Assembly (NCBI GenBank): GCA_005239925.1 | Contig: SBBA01000218.1 | Coordinates: forward strand, 1-50,883 | Direction: 5' to 3' | From: Candidatus Troglogloeales bacterium | Lineage (GTDB): Bacteria; Nitrospirota; Nitrospiria; SBBL01; SBBA01 | Length of the DNA: 50,883 nucleotides | Shown: positions 1 to 11,847 of the stretch, one piece after another | Numbering within the stretch: the stretch's first letter is position 1 | Layout: each line of letters starts with the position of its first letter | The notes under the pieces: generated by a model | The model's input: the letters and a program-made list of their open reading frames with translations, nothing else | Databases searched by the model: none | Told to the model about the DNA's origin: nothing | Translations under genes and position numbers: made by a program

Positions 1-60
1 CAGATCATAGCTCCACAATGGTGTTTCCATATTCCTTGCTTTCTATCGCGTAATCTGGGT

Positions 61-1674
<1,614 letters not shown>

Positions 1675-2445
1675 CTACGCCCCTTTCAACATTGTACTCG
1701 CCTTCACCAGGTCTTCCAGAACATTCACCTCGCAAAATTGGGCCGCCTCTTCGTTCGTAATCTCGACGGTACGTATCCGTCCCCCTTCTTCTAAAAAACG
1801 AAGCTGCTCTAATTGCTCCATTGTCTCCAGATAACTTTGAGGCAGTTTTGCCATCTTCAAAAGAAAACTCCGTTCGTAAAGATAAACCCCGTAGTGCTGG
1901 AAAAAGACCGGATTGGTAATTGCACCTGCTGCCGGGTGGAAGTATGGAATGGGAGAACGCGAAAAGTAAAGCGCCTCCCCTTTTTTATTATGAACCAACT
2001 TCACTGTGTTTTTAGAAAGCGCTTCCTCGGAATTAATGCGCGCCGCAAGGGTCACCACATCGGCCTCTCCCGATGTAATCCACTTTCCTCCCCGTTCAAT
2101 CAATCGGTCTAAAACAGCAGGACTAAAGAGGGGCAGGTCTCCCTGTAAATTAACAACCAGCGGCGCCGAATAGGAGGCCGCGACCTCGGCTACCCGATCC
2201 GTTCCAGTTGGATGTTTGTCCGAGGTAATGGCCACCGAATGGCCCAGTAAAGAGACCGTATCGGCAATCCGTTGGTCTTCCGTCGCGACGATGATTTTAT
2301 CAGGCCGACGCGCTAAAGCCGCCTGATTGACCACATGGGCGATCATCGGTTTGCCGTTTAAATCGGCAAGCGGCTTCCCCGGAAACCGGCTCGAACAATA
2401 CCGGGCGGGAATGACAACGAGGGTTTGTAAGGGTTGATCTGTCAT
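1675..2445 (-). CDS. kdsB: 3-deoxy-manno-octulosonate cytidylyltransferase (CMP-KDO synthetase)
   Basis: 256 aa; N-terminal LVVIPARYCSSRFPGKPLADLNGKPMI motif typical of KdsB; the stop abuts the pyrG start. Confidence 0.9.
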   Translation of the reverse strand: MTDQPLQTLVVIPARYCSSRFPGKPLADLNGKPMIAHVVNQAALARRPDKIIVATEDQRIADTVSLLGHSVAITSDKHPTGTDRVAEVAASYSAPLVVNLQGDLPLFSPAVLDRLIERGGKWITSGEADVVTLAARINSEEALSKNTVKLVHNKKGEALYFSRSPIPYFHPAAGAITNPVFFQHYGVYLYERSFLLKMAKLPQSYLETMEQLEQLRFLEEGGRIRTVEITNEEAAQFCEVNVLEDLVKASTMLKGA

Positions 2446-2467
2446 GATTCGTTAAGCAATAAACGCC

Positions 2468-2905
2468 CTATTCCCAAATTTGAAAACGAACAGGTTTAAC
2501 AGTAGAGATAATCTTAAAGTCCTTGCTGTCCCGAGTAACCAGTATCGCTCCAACCCGATGGCAGCAACGCGCAATTAGGATATCATTAATGAGGGCAAAG
2601 CGCTTCGCTTTAAGCGATGGGTATTTCTTCACAATTTTAAGGCCCACAACCCCTGCCTCTTCCCAATCCTGATACAGTGGGCTGATAATCCGATTGACTC
2701 GCTCGAATGGCTTATAAAAGGCCTGAACCCTTTTTACCGCGAGATGATGTGTACAACCTAAAAGCAGCTCTTGGACAACAACGCTGCAAAAAAAGGTAAA
2801 GGAAATCCGGCGGGCGTATTCAGCCTCGAAACGAATGGCAAATTCTCGATCCTGGAGACACTGAATATAGATATTCGTATCAAAGATATATCTACTGGAC
2901 ATCAA
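2468..2905 (-). CDS. vapC: PIN-domain toxin (VapC-like ribonuclease)
   Basis: 145 aa; IFDTNIYI N-terminus; conserved acidic positions (D in FDTN, E in VQELL, D in INDIL, D in TRDSKDF); overlaps the upstream small antitoxin gene by 14 nt. Confidence 0.8.
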   Translation of the reverse strand: MMSSRYIFDTNIYIQCLQDREFAIRFEAEYARRISFTFFCSVVVQELLLGCTHHLAVKRVQAFYKPFERVNRIISPLYQDWEEAGVVGLKIVKKYPSLKAKRFALINDILIARCCHRVGAILVTRDSKDFKIISTVKPVRFQIWE

Positions 2906-3086
2906 GACCTTCTACGCCGCCCCGTCCCGCACCCTCTTTCCACGCCTTTACTGCCTCTTCTTGAAAAACAGCCAATTCCAAGGCCTTCTGGATCGCTTCG
3001 GTCTCCGACTTCGCCTTAAAAAGTTGCTGAGCCTTCTTAATTGTGGTCTCATCCAACCAGTAATTTTTACGTTTCAGTTGTCCCAT
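2892..3086 (-). CDS. VapB-like antitoxin (small DNA-binding protein)
   Basis: ATG at 3086 is preceded by GGAG 8 nt upstream. The 64-aa product (MGQLKRKNYWLDETTIKKAQQL...) resembles VapB/DUF2191-type antitoxins. 14-nt overlap with the PIN gene. Confidence 0.6.
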   Translation of the reverse strand: MGQLKRKNYWLDETTIKKAQQLFKAKSETEAIQKALELAVFQEEAVKAWKEGAGRGGVEGLDVQ

Positions 3087-3192
3087 GAGTTTTCTCCAAC
3101 TTGATATACGTATATTTTTACAATAAATATGCGTATACGTCAATCTGCAGCTATATCCCTGGTGTGTATATATATCGCTGTTTCTGGGTAAA

Positions 3193-3927
3193 TTATCGGA
3201 TTATCTTCCCGATCCGGTTAAATCGAATCTTATCCATCCAATCGGTCTGTTCCGCATCCCAGGACCAGTAAATGAGAAAGGCCCTCCCCTTAATTTTAGA
3301 GTTCTCCACGAACCCCCAAAATCGCGAGTCAAGGCTGTGATTGCGGTTATCCCCCATCACAAAGTACGACGCCTCAGGTACGGTAATTGGCCCAAAACCG
3401 CCTCGAATCTGGGCGCGGTTCGGTGCCGGCTCATTATCTTCTCTATTGATGTAGTCCTCTTTTTGAGCGATTTCATTGACATAAAGCACCCCATCCTTGA
3501 TGACAATCGTATCCCCTGGAATGCCCACCACCCGCTTGATAAAATCCTTGGACTCGTCTTCCGGAAATCGAAAGACAATCACATCCCCACGCTTCGGAAG
3601 ACCCAATGGAATGACGGTTGTCCATATAAACGGCAGCCGAACACCATAGGTGAATTTGCTCACCAGGATATGATCGCCAATGTTCAGTGTGGGAATCATC
3701 GATCCCGACGGAATTTTAAATGCCTGAACCACAAAGGTGCGAATAAATAACGCCAGAATAATAGCGATAACAAGGGTTTCTGCATATTCCCTAAAGGTGG
3801 ACTTTGTCTTTTCAGACGCTGATTCTGGGAGTTCTATATCTTCAGAACCGCCAGGAAAGCCTCCTGAGGCACCTCGATTCGCCCAACCTGCTTCATTCGT
3901 TTCTTCCCCTCTTTTTGCTTCTCCCAT
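3193..3927 (-). CDS. lepB: signal peptidase I
   Basis: SGSMIPTL catalytic-Ser box and [16 protein letters not shown] box. The only in-frame start (ATG/GTG/TTG) upstream of the TM segment is ATG 3927, giving a 94-nt overlap with lepA. Confidence 0.85.
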   Translation of the reverse strand: MGEAKRGEETNEAGWANRGASGGFPGGSEDIELPESASEKTKSTFREYAETLVIAIILALFIRTFVVQAFKIPSGSMIPTLNIGDHILVSKFTYGVRLPFIWTTVIPLGLPKRGDVIVFRFPEDESKDFIKRVVGIPGDTIVIKDGVLYVNEIAQKEDYINREDNEPAPNRAQIRGGFGPITVPEASYFVMGDNRNHSLDSRFWGFVENSKIKGRAFLIYWSWDAEQTDWMDKIRFNRIGKIIR

Positions 3928-5627
3928 AATTTCCTTTTCCTTGTAATATCACCTCCGTAACATTTTGCCGTCACATTCTTTTTCATCGCCTTAATGGTCT
4001 CTCGTGCAATCACCTTGGTTCCAATGGCCGCTTGAATCGCCACTTCAAACATCTGCTTGGGAATAGACTCGCGCAATTTCTCGGCGATCTGCTTTCCCCG
4101 TGTATAGGCCTGGTCTTTATCAATCATAAAAGAAAGCGCGTCCACCATTTCGCCATTTAATAAAATGTCCACCTTGGACAGATAGGCCTCACGCAGTCCA
4201 ATCGGTTCATAATCAAAGGAGGCGTACCCCCTTGATAAGGACTTGAGTTGGTCGTAAAAGTCCAGAATAATTTCACCCAGCGGCATTTCATAGGTCAGCT
4301 TCACCTGGTTCATATCCATATATTCAATCCCTTTTTGCGTACCACGACGCTCCTGACAGAGATTGAGTAAAGCGCCTAAAAATTCCTCTCGCGTAACGAT
4401 CATACCCCGAATATAAGGCTCTTCAAAACGAACGATCTGTCCCACAGGCGGCAGCTTTGCCGGGTTATCAATACTTAAAATCTCGCCTTTTTGTGTGGTT
4501 ACGCGGTACACGACCGTAGGCGCCGTGCTGATCAAATCAAGATGATATTCCCGTTCTAACCTCTCCCGAATAATCTCCATGTGTAAAAGGCCTAAAAATC
4601 CACATCGAAAGCCAAACCCCAAAGCCAGTGACGTTTCAGGCTCATAACAGAACGAACCGTCATTAAGGCGCAATTTCCCCAACGCCTCTTTCAGGTCTTT
4701 ATAAAAATTGGCCTCGATGGTATATAACCCGCAGAAGACCATCGGCTTCATTTCCTTATAGCCAGGAATAGGAACCACATCGCCGGCATACATCGCATCG
4801 GTGATGGTGTCCCCCAGCTTGGCCTCCCGAACATCCCGAATGCCTGAAACGAGATACCCGACCTCCCCCACAGAGAGCGACTCCACCGGCTTGGCCTTGG
4901 GTGTATGGACCCCTAGTGCAAGGACCTCGTGTTCTGTTTGTGTTGAGATGAAACGCACCCGCATCCCTTTTCGTATTGTCCCATCCATCACCCGAATTAA
5001 AACAACCGCGCCTTGAAATGTATCAAACCAAGAATCGAAAAGGAGCGCCCTAAGTGGCCCATCAGGCTTGCCTTTCGGGGGAGGAATGGTTTTAATCACG
5101 GCCTCCAGGATGTCTTTGATGCCGATCCCTTCTTTGGCGCTGGTTAAAATCGCCTCTTCCGGGTCCATCCCAAAAAATTCCGACAGTTGCTTACAACACC
5201 GTTCAATGTTGGCGCTGGGGAGATCAATTTTGTTTAATATGGGAATCAGGGTCAGATGGTTCTCATTGGCGAGGGAGGCATTGGCCAGCGTCTGTGCCTC
5301 GACTCCTTGGGAGGCGTCAATCACCAGAATAGCCCCTTCGCAAGCGGCCAGCGACCGTGAGACTTCGTAAGCAAAATCAACATGTCCGGGGGTATCAATT
5401 AAATTAAAGATATAATCTAACCCATTATTGGCTTTATAGCTGAGGCGAACGGCGCGGGCCTTGATGGTAATCCCGCGTTCCCGTTCCAGGTCCATGTCAT
5501 CCAGGAGTTGATCCTTAAATTCACGGGCCGTGATGGCGCCAGTGAGTTCCAGAATCCGGTCTGCGAGTGTGGATTTGCCGTGATCAATATGGGCAATGAT
5601 CGAAAAATTACGAATCTGGTTTTGCAT
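3834..5627 (-). CDS. lepA: translation elongation factor 4 (LepA)
   Basis: [28 protein letters not shown]1 motif. ATG at 5627 chosen over the longer ORF start (5741) because LepA homologues start here. C-terminal [10 protein letters not shown] motif. Confidence 0.95.
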   Translation of the reverse strand: MQNQIRNFSIIAHIDHGKSTLADRILELTGAITAREFKDQLLDDMDLERERGITIKARAVRLSYKANNGLDYIFNLIDTPGHVDFAYEVSRSLAACEGAILVIDASQGVEAQTLANASLANENHLTLIPILNKIDLPSANIERCCKQLSEFFGMDPEEAILTSAKEGIGIKDILEAVIKTIPPPKGKPDGPLRALLFDSWFDTFQGAVVLIRVMDGTIRKGMRVRFISTQTEHEVLALGVHTPKAKPVESLSVGEVGYLVSGIRDVREAKLGDTITDAMYAGDVVPIPGYKEMKPMVFCGLYTIEANFYKDLKEALGKLRLNDGSFCYEPETSLALGFGFRCGFLGLLHMEIIRERLEREYHLDLISTAPTVVYRVTTQKGEILSIDNPAKLPPVGQIVRFEEPYIRGMIVTREEFLGALLNLCQERRGTQKGIEYMDMNQVKLTYEMPLGEIILDFYDQLKSLSRGYASFDYEPIGLREAYLSKVDILLNGEMVDALSFMIDKDQAYTRGKQIAEKLRESIPKQMFEVAIQAAIGTKVIARETIKAMKKNVTAKCYGGDITRKRKLWEKQKEGKKRMKQVGRIEVPQEAFLAVLKI

Positions 5628-5782
5628 AGTGGTGTTTTCCTTTAAACCCCCCATTATAGAAACCGATTGCATCCTTGTCAAAAACCCCCAATCTCCTTTG
5701 CTGTCGCGTAACATGGGTAAGTCTGACATAGAAAGACACACGCTAGAAACGCCGGAGAACTTTTAATATCGAATAGGTGAAA

Positions 5783-5811
5783 TTGACACTTCTTTAAAGG
5801 GTGTGTTAGAT
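5783..5811 (+). promoter_or_regulatory. candidate sigma70-type promoter for yebC
   Basis: TTGACA (5783-5788), 17-nt spacer, TTAGAT/TAGATA; about 50 nt upstream of the yebC ATG. Confidence 0.3.
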
Positions 5812-5858
5812 AAATACCGCTATCCGATGGGGTTTTCCTTTTCAAAAGTGAGGTTGCT

Positions 5859-6611
5859 ATGTCTGGACATTCTAAGTGGGCATCCATAAAACATAAAAAG
5901 GCCATTGTTGACGCAAAGCGGGGAGGGATCTTTACCAAGATTATTCGTGAGATAACAACGGCGGCTCGCATTGGCGGCGGCGATCCCAATGGCAACGCAC
6001 GCCTGCGGATTGCCATTACCAAGGCCAAAGAGGCCAATATGCCCGCAGACAATATTAAACGGGCCATTCAAAAAGGAACCGGTGAACTGCCGGGCGTCGC
6101 CTATGAAGAACTGACCTACGAGGGATATGGGCCGGGCGGTGTGGCCCTTTTGATCCATGTTATGACGGAGAACAAAAATCGTACTGCGGCTGAAATACGG
6201 CACCTCCTTGGAAAGTTAGGAGGAAATCTGGGAGAGTCTGGCTCTGTTGCCTGGATGTTCGATAAGAAAGGATATCTTACTTTTCCAAAAGAGAAGACCG
6301 ATGAAGAAAAGTTGATGACAGTCGCTCTAGATGCCGGCGCAGAAGATATTCGATCGGGTGATCCAGAAAATTACGAGGTGCTTACATCTCCAGCTGATTT
6401 TGAACGCATCAAAGAGGCACTGGTTGCCGCTCATTTTACACCTGTTTTTGCCGAAGTAACCTATCTGCCGCAGTCCACCGTTCCACTCGAAGGGCATGAT
6501 GCAGAGAAGATGCTGAAACTGATGGATGGGCTAGAATCTCACGATGATGTACAGGATGTTGTCGCCAATTTCGACATCTCCGATGACATCATCGAAAAGA
6601 TCAACGCCTAA
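5859..6611 (+). CDS. yebC: YebC/PmpR family DNA-binding transcriptional regulator
   Basis: [32 protein letters not shown] is the canonical YebC N-terminus; 250 aa. Confidence 0.95.
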   Translation: MSGHSKWASIKHKKAIVDAKRGGIFTKIIREITTAARIGGGDPNGNARLRIAITKAKEANMPADNIKRAIQKGTGELPGVAYEELTYEGYGPGGVALLIHVMTENKNRTAAEIRHLLGKLGGNLGESGSVAWMFDKKGYLTFPKEKTDEEKLMTVALDAGAEDIRSGDPENYEVLTSPADFERIKEALVAAHFTPVFAEVTYLPQSTVPLEGHDAEKMLKLMDGLESHDDVQDVVANFDISDDIIEKINA

Positions 6612-6747
6612 CCCCCGCCGACGGGCGGGAGCGAGTGGAGCCCTCTCGTTGGGCGGGACGCCGCCTGCGGTCGGTCTGGGCATGCGGATGTCGTTACACG
6701 AGAAGTTATCTGCACAAAAACATAGATGTTACTCATACAGAGTTTAA
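6609..6747 (+). repeat. family A mosaic repeat, copy A1 (long form)
   Basis: TAA|CCCCCGCCGACGGGCGGGAGCGAGTGGAGCCCTCTCGTTGG...CATAGATGTTACTCATACAGAGTT|TAA. The left TAA is the yebC stop codon. Aligns by eye with copies at 11699, 14398, 36659, 43144, 43653 and 49594. Confidence 0.85.
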
Positions 6748-6772
6748 GGTGGGCTTAAGCCCGCTACCCAAG

Positions 6773-6877
6773 CGTCATTCCGGCGTGCTTCTAGCCGGAA
6801 TCCAGGGTTACTTCATTGCGGGCAGTGTCGAACGCTTTGGCTCCGACAGCTCTGGATTCCGGCTTAAACATTGCCGG
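6773..6877. repeat. family C palindromic repeat, copy C2 (right arm truncated)
   Basis: Arms are CGTCATTCCGGCGTGCTTCTAGCCGGAATCCAG and CTGGATTCCGGCTTAAACATTGCCGG. Same architecture as 18942..19021. Confidence 0.6.
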
Positions 6878-6895
6878 TCGGGACGCCGACTGCGG
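6874..6895 (+). repeat. family A fragment (GC-rich module only)
   Basis: CCGGTCGGGACGCCGACTGCGG matches the internal module GGGACGCC(G/A)CTGCGGTCGG of long family A copies. It replaces the expected AATGACG end of C2. Confidence 0.5.
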
Positions 6896-6941
6896 AAAAA
6901 AAGTATACGTTAAAACGTGTATAATGATAGAAAAGAGTCTA

Positions 6942-7442
6942 ATGCGCGTTTTAGGAATCGATCCCGGCATGAGGGTAACGGGCTTTGCTGTCCTGGAGGA
7001 AATATCGGGACGACTGTCGCTGATGCAGTCTGGGGAGATCGCCCCTCCCCCACAAATGCGAGATGGGCGATTAAAGTTTCTCTTTACGGAGATTTGTCAA
7101 AAAATTGAGCTGTATCAGCCCACTGTGATTGCATTGGAAGATACCTTTTTTGCCAAAAATGTTAAATCCGCATTAACGCTGGGACAGGCCAAAGGGGTTG
7201 CTCGGCTTGCGGCGGAGATCAATGACCTGCCTGTTTTTGAGTATGCCCCCACCGCCGTGAAGATGGCCGTTGTCGGGTTTGGAGAGGCCACCAAGGATCA
7301 GATTAAAGAAATGGTCTTTCAAATCTTAAAACCCGCTCAACGAATGAATTCAGAACATGAGGCTGATGCCGCTGCGGTAGCTATCTGTCACGCCCACTCC
7401 GCACAATGGCAGGCCAAAGTGGCCGTATCTGCAGTAAGATGA
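6942..7442 (+). CDS. ruvC: crossover junction endodeoxyribonuclease RuvC
   Basis: MRVLGIDPGMRVTGFAVLE start typical of RuvC (ATG 6942; ATG 6924 is an alternative). The stop overlaps the ruvA start (ATGA). Confidence 0.9.
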   Translation: MRVLGIDPGMRVTGFAVLEEISGRLSLMQSGEIAPPPQMRDGRLKFLFTEICQKIELYQPTVIALEDTFFAKNVKSALTLGQAKGVARLAAEINDLPVFEYAPTAVKMAVVGFGEATKDQIKEMVFQILKPAQRMNSEHEADAAAVAICHAHSAQWQAKVAVSAVR

Positions 7443-8044
7443 TTGCCTCCATTAACGGAATCATCACATCCAAATCGCCGGAATCATTGATCGTTGAAAC
7501 GGGCGGTATCGGTTATCAGGTTTTTATTCCGCTTTCAACCTATTACCAACTTCCAGAAATTAAAGAATCGGTTTCACTTTATATCCATACGCATGTTCGG
7601 GAAGACGCCCTGCAACTTTATGGTTTTTTATCGCCTATCGAAAAGCAGATGTTTCTGCTATTAACCAGCGTTTCTGGTGTGGGTCCAAAATTGGCACGCA
7701 ATATCCTATCCGGCATGGATGTTTTAGAGCTGCTCGCGGCGATTCGAAAGGGGGCCATTGAACAACTGCGGGCCATTCCCGGTATCGGCCCCAAGATGGC
7801 CGGAAGACTGGTTCTGGAGTTAAAAGAAAAGGCGATCTCCCTGGACGTGGCAACAACGCAGAAGGTGGAATCGGTGGGTGATGCCGTTTATGAGGATGCG
7901 TTATCGGCCTTAATCAACCTGGGATATCCGGAGCGAGAGACCCGACGGGCATTGGACCGGATTTTAAACGAGGCCAACGCGCCTGCCTATGAGGTCGAAA
8001 TCTTGATTAAACAGGCACTGCGCGTTTTATCCAAGGTAGGTTAA
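7439..8044 (+). CDS. ruvA: Holliday junction branch migration complex subunit RuvA
   Basis: [28 protein letters not shown]; HhH motifs ([16 protein letters not shown]). Confidence 0.9.
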   Translation: MIASINGIITSKSPESLIVETGGIGYQVFIPLSTYYQLPEIKESVSLYIHTHVREDALQLYGFLSPIEKQMFLLLTSVSGVGPKLARNILSGMDVLELLAAIRKGAIEQLRAIPGIGPKMAGRLVLELKEKAISLDVATTQKVESVGDAVYEDALSALINLGYPERETRRALDRILNEANAPAYEVEILIKQALRVLSKVG

Positions 8045-8046
8045 AA

Positions 8047-9081
8047 ATGGAAGAGCGTATTTTTTCCGGCCAGACACAAAACGAGGAAAAGCGGATGGAG
8101 GTCAGCCTTCGTCCTGGCTCGCTTTCTGAGTATGTCGGCCAGCATCAAATCAAAGAAAATTTAAAAATATATATCGAGGCGGCCAGGAAGCGGGGCGATG
8201 TTTTGGATCATGTCATTTTTTACGGCCCGCCGGGGTTGGGTAAAACGACGTTGGCCAACATTATTGCACGGGAGATGGGGGTCAATATCAAGGCCACTTC
8301 CGGGCCGGCGCTTGAAAAGCCGGGTGACCTTGCGGCCATTTTAAGTAATCTCTCCGAAGGGGACATCTTTTTTATTGATGAGATTCACCGGCTGCATCCC
8401 ACGGTGGAAGAGGTACTCTACCCGGCGATGGAGGATTATGAGATTGATCTGATTATCGGCCAGGGGCCGTCGGCGCGGACGCTGAAGTTGGCGGTGCCCA
8501 AGTTCACGTTAATTGGCGCCACCACGCGGGCCGGATTATTAACCTCGCCCTTGCGGGATCGATTTGGTGTGATTAGTCGGTTGGAGTTTTATCGGCCCGA
8601 AGAGCTTTGCCGGATTGTGGTTCGATCTGCCGGGATATTACACATCTCGATTGACGAGGCGGCGGCATTGGAAATGGCCACACGAAGTCGGGGGACGCCG
8701 CGTATCGCTAATCGGATCTTGCGGCGTGTTCGGGATTTTGCCGAGGTAAAATCGAACGGCCATATTGATATGCCAACCACATTGCAAGCGTTAACGCAAA
8801 TGGAAATTGATGTCGCAGGACTCGATCGGATGGATCAGAAGTTGCTTCTTTTGATCATTGATAAATTTGGCGGGGGCCCGGTGGGGGTTGAAACGTTGGC
8901 CTCTGCATTGGGAGAAGAAAAGGAAACATTGGAGGATGTTTTTGAGCCGTTCCTGCTTCAAAGCGGCTATCTGGATCGAACGGCGCGGGGACGGGTGGCC
9001 ACCGACCAAAGCTTTGCCCATTTTGGCAAAAAACGTTCTTATGCCATAGGTGGCAGTAAGGAAGCCCCTCGGTTGTTTTAA
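8047..9081 (+). CDS. ruvB: Holliday junction branch migration DNA helicase RuvB
   Basis: Walker [18 protein letters not shown], sensor motifs; 344 aa. Confidence 0.95.
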   Translation: MEERIFSGQTQNEEKRMEVSLRPGSLSEYVGQHQIKENLKIYIEAARKRGDVLDHVIFYGPPGLGKTTLANIIAREMGVNIKATSGPALEKPGDLAAILSNLSEGDIFFIDEIHRLHPTVEEVLYPAMEDYEIDLIIGQGPSARTLKLAVPKFTLIGATTRAGLLTSPLRDRFGVISRLEFYRPEELCRIVVRSAGILHISIDEAAALEMATRSRGTPRIANRILRRVRDFAEVKSNGHIDMPTTLQALTQMEIDVAGLDRMDQKLLLLIIDKFGGGPVGVETLASALGEEKETLEDVFEPFLLQSGYLDRTARGRVATDQSFAHFGKKRSYAIGGSKEAPRLF

Positions 9082-9139
9082 TAGATTGACGAGCATGGCG
9101 TATTACGTTATCTTTCTTACACAAGGAAAGGAAGGAGAT

Positions 9140-9412
9140 ATGGACAAAATATTATCCGCACGTGTGGACGAATCCATTGTTCATCGGATTGGGTTATTGG
9201 CCCGACACTTATGTACATCAAAAAAACGGATTATTGAGGACGCGATTCGGACCTATGCCGCCCAGATTGATGAGGGCAATAGGCTTGATCCGCTTGAACA
9301 GACGTGCGGTGCATGGCGTCGCCGTGAGTCTGCTAACCGGATCATTACTGGTGCACGAAAAGTATTCAGTCAATCAATAGAGCCTCATCGCAGACCAGGT
9401 CTTTTGCCTTAA
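9140..9412 (+). CDS. ribbon-helix-helix (CopG/VapB-like) antitoxin, no adjacent toxin
   Basis: ATG 9140 preceded by GGAAGGAG. MDKILSARVDESIVHRIGLLARHLCTSKKRIIEDAIRTYA is an RHH fold signature. trpE starts 57 nt downstream, so no partner gene is present. Confidence 0.65.
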   Translation: MDKILSARVDESIVHRIGLLARHLCTSKKRIIEDAIRTYAAQIDEGNRLDPLEQTCGAWRRRESANRIITGARKVFSQSIEPHRRPGLLP

Positions 9413-9468
9413 TACAAAGCATTATCCAATTCCAGAGCTTGTAGTGAAGAAGGCATGGTAACACAAGA

Positions 9469-11136
9469 ATGATCACCCCCTCTTTCGAAGATTTTTCCAA
9501 AAAGACCCAGGACGGAAATCTCATTCCTGTCTATCAAGAGATTCTGGCCGATACAGAAACACCTGTCTCTGCATTCCTAAAAATACAAAGAGAGGCCCAT
9601 AACGCCTATCTCCTGGAAAGTGTGGAAGGAGGCGAGAAATGGGCGCGTTACTCCTTCTTAGGCACGAACCCTGCCATTACAATCAAAGGTTTTGGAAACG
9701 TTGTAGAGGTGACTGAAGGGAATCATTGTCAACGTATGACCAATGAAAATCCCTTACAGATCCTAAAAAAAATCCTGTCTCGCTATAAACCCGTTCAGGT
9801 GGATGGCCTTCCCCGGTTTTCGGGTGGCGCTATTGGCTATATCGGTTATGAATGTGTTCGCTTTTTTGAAGCGGCGACGGCCGCACCGGTCGCACCGGCG
9901 ACAGCGGATGGCCCGCTTCCGTTGGTTGCGGAAGAGATGCCGGTATTGTTACACCCATCTGAAAAGGAACAGCCACCACCGGACTTCTTCTTTTTAATTG
10001 CAGATACATTACTCATCTTTGACAACCTTAAGTGTAGGATTAAGGTTGTTTCGAATGCCTTTATCAAAGACGGCAATCTCAAAGAAGCCTATGAAAAGGC
10101 GGTCGCAAAAATCGAGGCCGCACTTCGCTGCTTGGAGGCTCCTCTTCAAAAATCAAATGCGCCTCTTATGTCATCACCCGTGCTACAAGAGGGAAGGGGA
10201 ACGCCGGAGTTGCCCCATTCGAATGTTACTCGTGAGTCGTTTTTAGAATCGGTAGAGAAGGCAAAGGAGTATATTCGTGCAGGGGATATTTTTCAGGTTC
10301 AGGTCTCACAACGGTTCTCTATTCCACTGACATGCGATCCGTTTGCCGTCTACCGAACCCTTCGGAGTATCAATCCCTCTCCCTATATGTATTATCTTCG
10401 GCTTGATGGGCTCCATGTGGTGGGAACCTCTCCTGAGGTTTTGGTTCGGTTGGAAGGCCGACAGGTAGAGGTTAGGCCGATTGCGGGTACCCGTCGCCGT
10501 GGTGCCACCCAAGAAAGAGACCTCGCTATGGAAAAGGAGCTTTTGGCCGATCCCAAGGAACGGGCGGAACATATCATGTTGGTTGATTTAGGCCGTAACG
10601 ATATTGGCCGTGTCTGTGACTATGGCTCTGTGCGGGTGGATGAACTGATGGTGATTGAACGATACTCGCACGTGATGCACCTGGTTTCCAACATTGTAGG
10701 CCATTTACGACAGGAAGAGGATGCCTATTCTCTTTTTGCGGCCTGCTTCCCTGCAGGTACGGTAACCGGAGCCCCAAAAATTCGGGCGATGCAAATTATT
10801 CATGAGTTGGAGCCGACGCAACGCAATTTGTATGCGGGCGCTGTCGGCTACTTTGGGTTTGATGGTAATATGGATACCTGTATTACGATTCGCACGATTG
10901 TTATTAGTAATAACACCGCAACGGTGCAGGCTGCAGCGGGCATTGTGGCCGATTCTATTCCCGCGCAGGAATATCAAGAGACCCTCAATAAAACCAGGGG
11001 GATGCTTCTAGCGATTGAGATGGCCCAGAGTGGCACCGGCCACCCCCCAACGGGGGGGAGCGAACGGACAGCGCCCGCAACCGGCGCCCCGGTCGCCGTC
11101 GGCGTCTCGACCGTTGATAACCGTGAGGAAGTATAG
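9469..11136 (+). CDS. trpE: anthranilate synthase component I, with repeat-derived internal insertion and C-terminal tail
   Basis: Chorismate-binding core ([57 protein letters not shown]). 555 aa, longer than usual. Confidence 0.9.
   Translation: MITPSFEDFSKKTQDGNLIPVYQEILADTETPVSAFLKIQREAHNAYLLESVEGGEKWARYSFLGTNPAITIKGFGNVVEVTEGNHCQRMTNENPLQILKKILSRYKPVQVDGLPRFSGGAIGYIGYECVRFFEAATAAPVAPATADGPLPLVAEEMPVLLHPSEKEQPPPDFFFLIADTLLIFDNLKCRIKVVSNAFIKDGNLKEAYEKAVAKIEAALRCLEAPLQKSNAPLMSSPVLQEGRGTPELPHSNVTRESFLESVEKAKEYIRAGDIFQVQVSQRFSIPLTCDPFAVYRTLRSINPSPYMYYLRLDGLHVVGTSPEVLVRLEGRQVEVRPIAGTRRRGATQERDLAMEKELLADPKERAEHIMLVDLGRNDIGRVCDYGSVRVDELMVIERYSHVMHLVSNIVGHLRQEEDAYSLFAACFPAGTVTGAPKIRAMQIIHELEPTQRNLYAGAVGYFGFDGNMDTCITIRTIVISNNTATVQAAAGIVADSIPAQEYQETLNKTRGMLLAIEMAQSGTGHPPTGGSERTAPATGAPVAVGVSTVDNREEV
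11043..11112 (+). repeat. family A-derived sequence embedded in the trpE 3' end (copy A2, rearranged)
   Basis: CCCCCAACGGGGGGGAGCGAACGGACAGCGCCC matches the family A left hairpin (compare CCCCAACGGGGGCAGCGAACGGAGCCCTCCC at 43656). It is translated as [12 protein letters not shown]. Confidence 0.55.
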
Positions 11137-11138
11137 GT

Positions 11139-11726
11139 ATGATTTTGATTATTGATAACTACGACTCCTTTACCTATAACCTAGTCCAGTACTTAGGTGA
11201 GATGGGGGAGACGTTGTCCATTTATCGAAATGATGCCATCACACTGGATCAAATCGCATCAATGCGACCCGACCGGATAGTGATCTCGCCTGGCCCATGC
11301 ACGCCAAAAGAGGCGGGGATTTCGGTTGATCTCATTAAAACGTTTGGCAAAAATATTCCGATCCTGGGGGTGTGTCTGGGGCATCAGTCCATTGGGGAGG
11401 CGTATGGCGGCGAAGTGGTACGGGCTGAAAGGTTGATGCACGGCAAGACCTCCATGATTTTACACGATGGAAAATCAATTTATCGTGGCATTCCCAATCC
11501 ATTTGAAGCCACACGGTACCATTCGTTGATTATTAAAAAGGAGTCTATGCCGGACTGTTTGGAAGTTTCATCTTGGACCGAGGCCGGTGAGATCATGGGG
11601 GTGCGTCACAAATCTTTCCCTGTGGAAGGGGTGCAATTTCACCCTGAATCAATTCTGACCCAGGTCGGCAAAGACCTGTTGAGGAATTTTTTGCGTTCTA
11701 ATCCGCCGACGGGCGGAAGCAAATAG
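11139..11726 (+). CDS. trpG: anthranilate synthase component II / glutamine amidotransferase
   Basis: ILGVCLGHQ catalytic Cys box, GVQFHPES. The last 9 codons (NPPTGGSK-stop) lie inside repeat A3. Confidence 0.9.
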   Translation: MILIIDNYDSFTYNLVQYLGEMGETLSIYRNDAITLDQIASMRPDRIVISPGPCTPKEAGISVDLIKTFGKNIPILGVCLGHQSIGEAYGGEVVRAERLMHGKTSMILHDGKSIYRGIPNPFEATRYHSLIIKKESMPDCLEVSSWTEAGEIMGVRHKSFPVEGVQFHPESILTQVGKDLLRNFLRSNPPTGGSK

Positions 11727-11802
11727 ACAGCTCCCGTTGGTCGCTGTGGACACGCAGATATCATTACGCAAAAAATGTAGATGTTACCAACAGAGAATCT
11801 AA
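11699..11802 (+). repeat. family A repeat, copy A3 (short form)
   Basis: TAA|TCCGCCGACGGGCGGAAGCAAATAGACAGCTCCCGTTGG...TGTAGATGTTACCAACAGAGAATC|TAA. Closest by eye to copy A7. Confidence 0.85.
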
Positions 11803-11847
11803 GCATTAGAAAAAGATAGAAACGTTTTCTTCTTCCATTACGGAAAT

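Noticed and set aside
6690-6747. Outward-facing promoter inside the right half of family A
   Set aside because: TTACAC and TGTAAT-like hexamers occur in some copies, but spacing and sequence are not conserved between copies. No consistent -35/-10 pair exists.
6544-6913. ORFs 6544..6747 and 6635..6913 (also 36646..36975 and 49648..51)
   Set aside because: They are translations of family A/C repeats (PTGGSE.., RRLRSVW.. strings recur wherever the repeat occurs, in either orientation). They carry no start or Shine-Dalgarno context.
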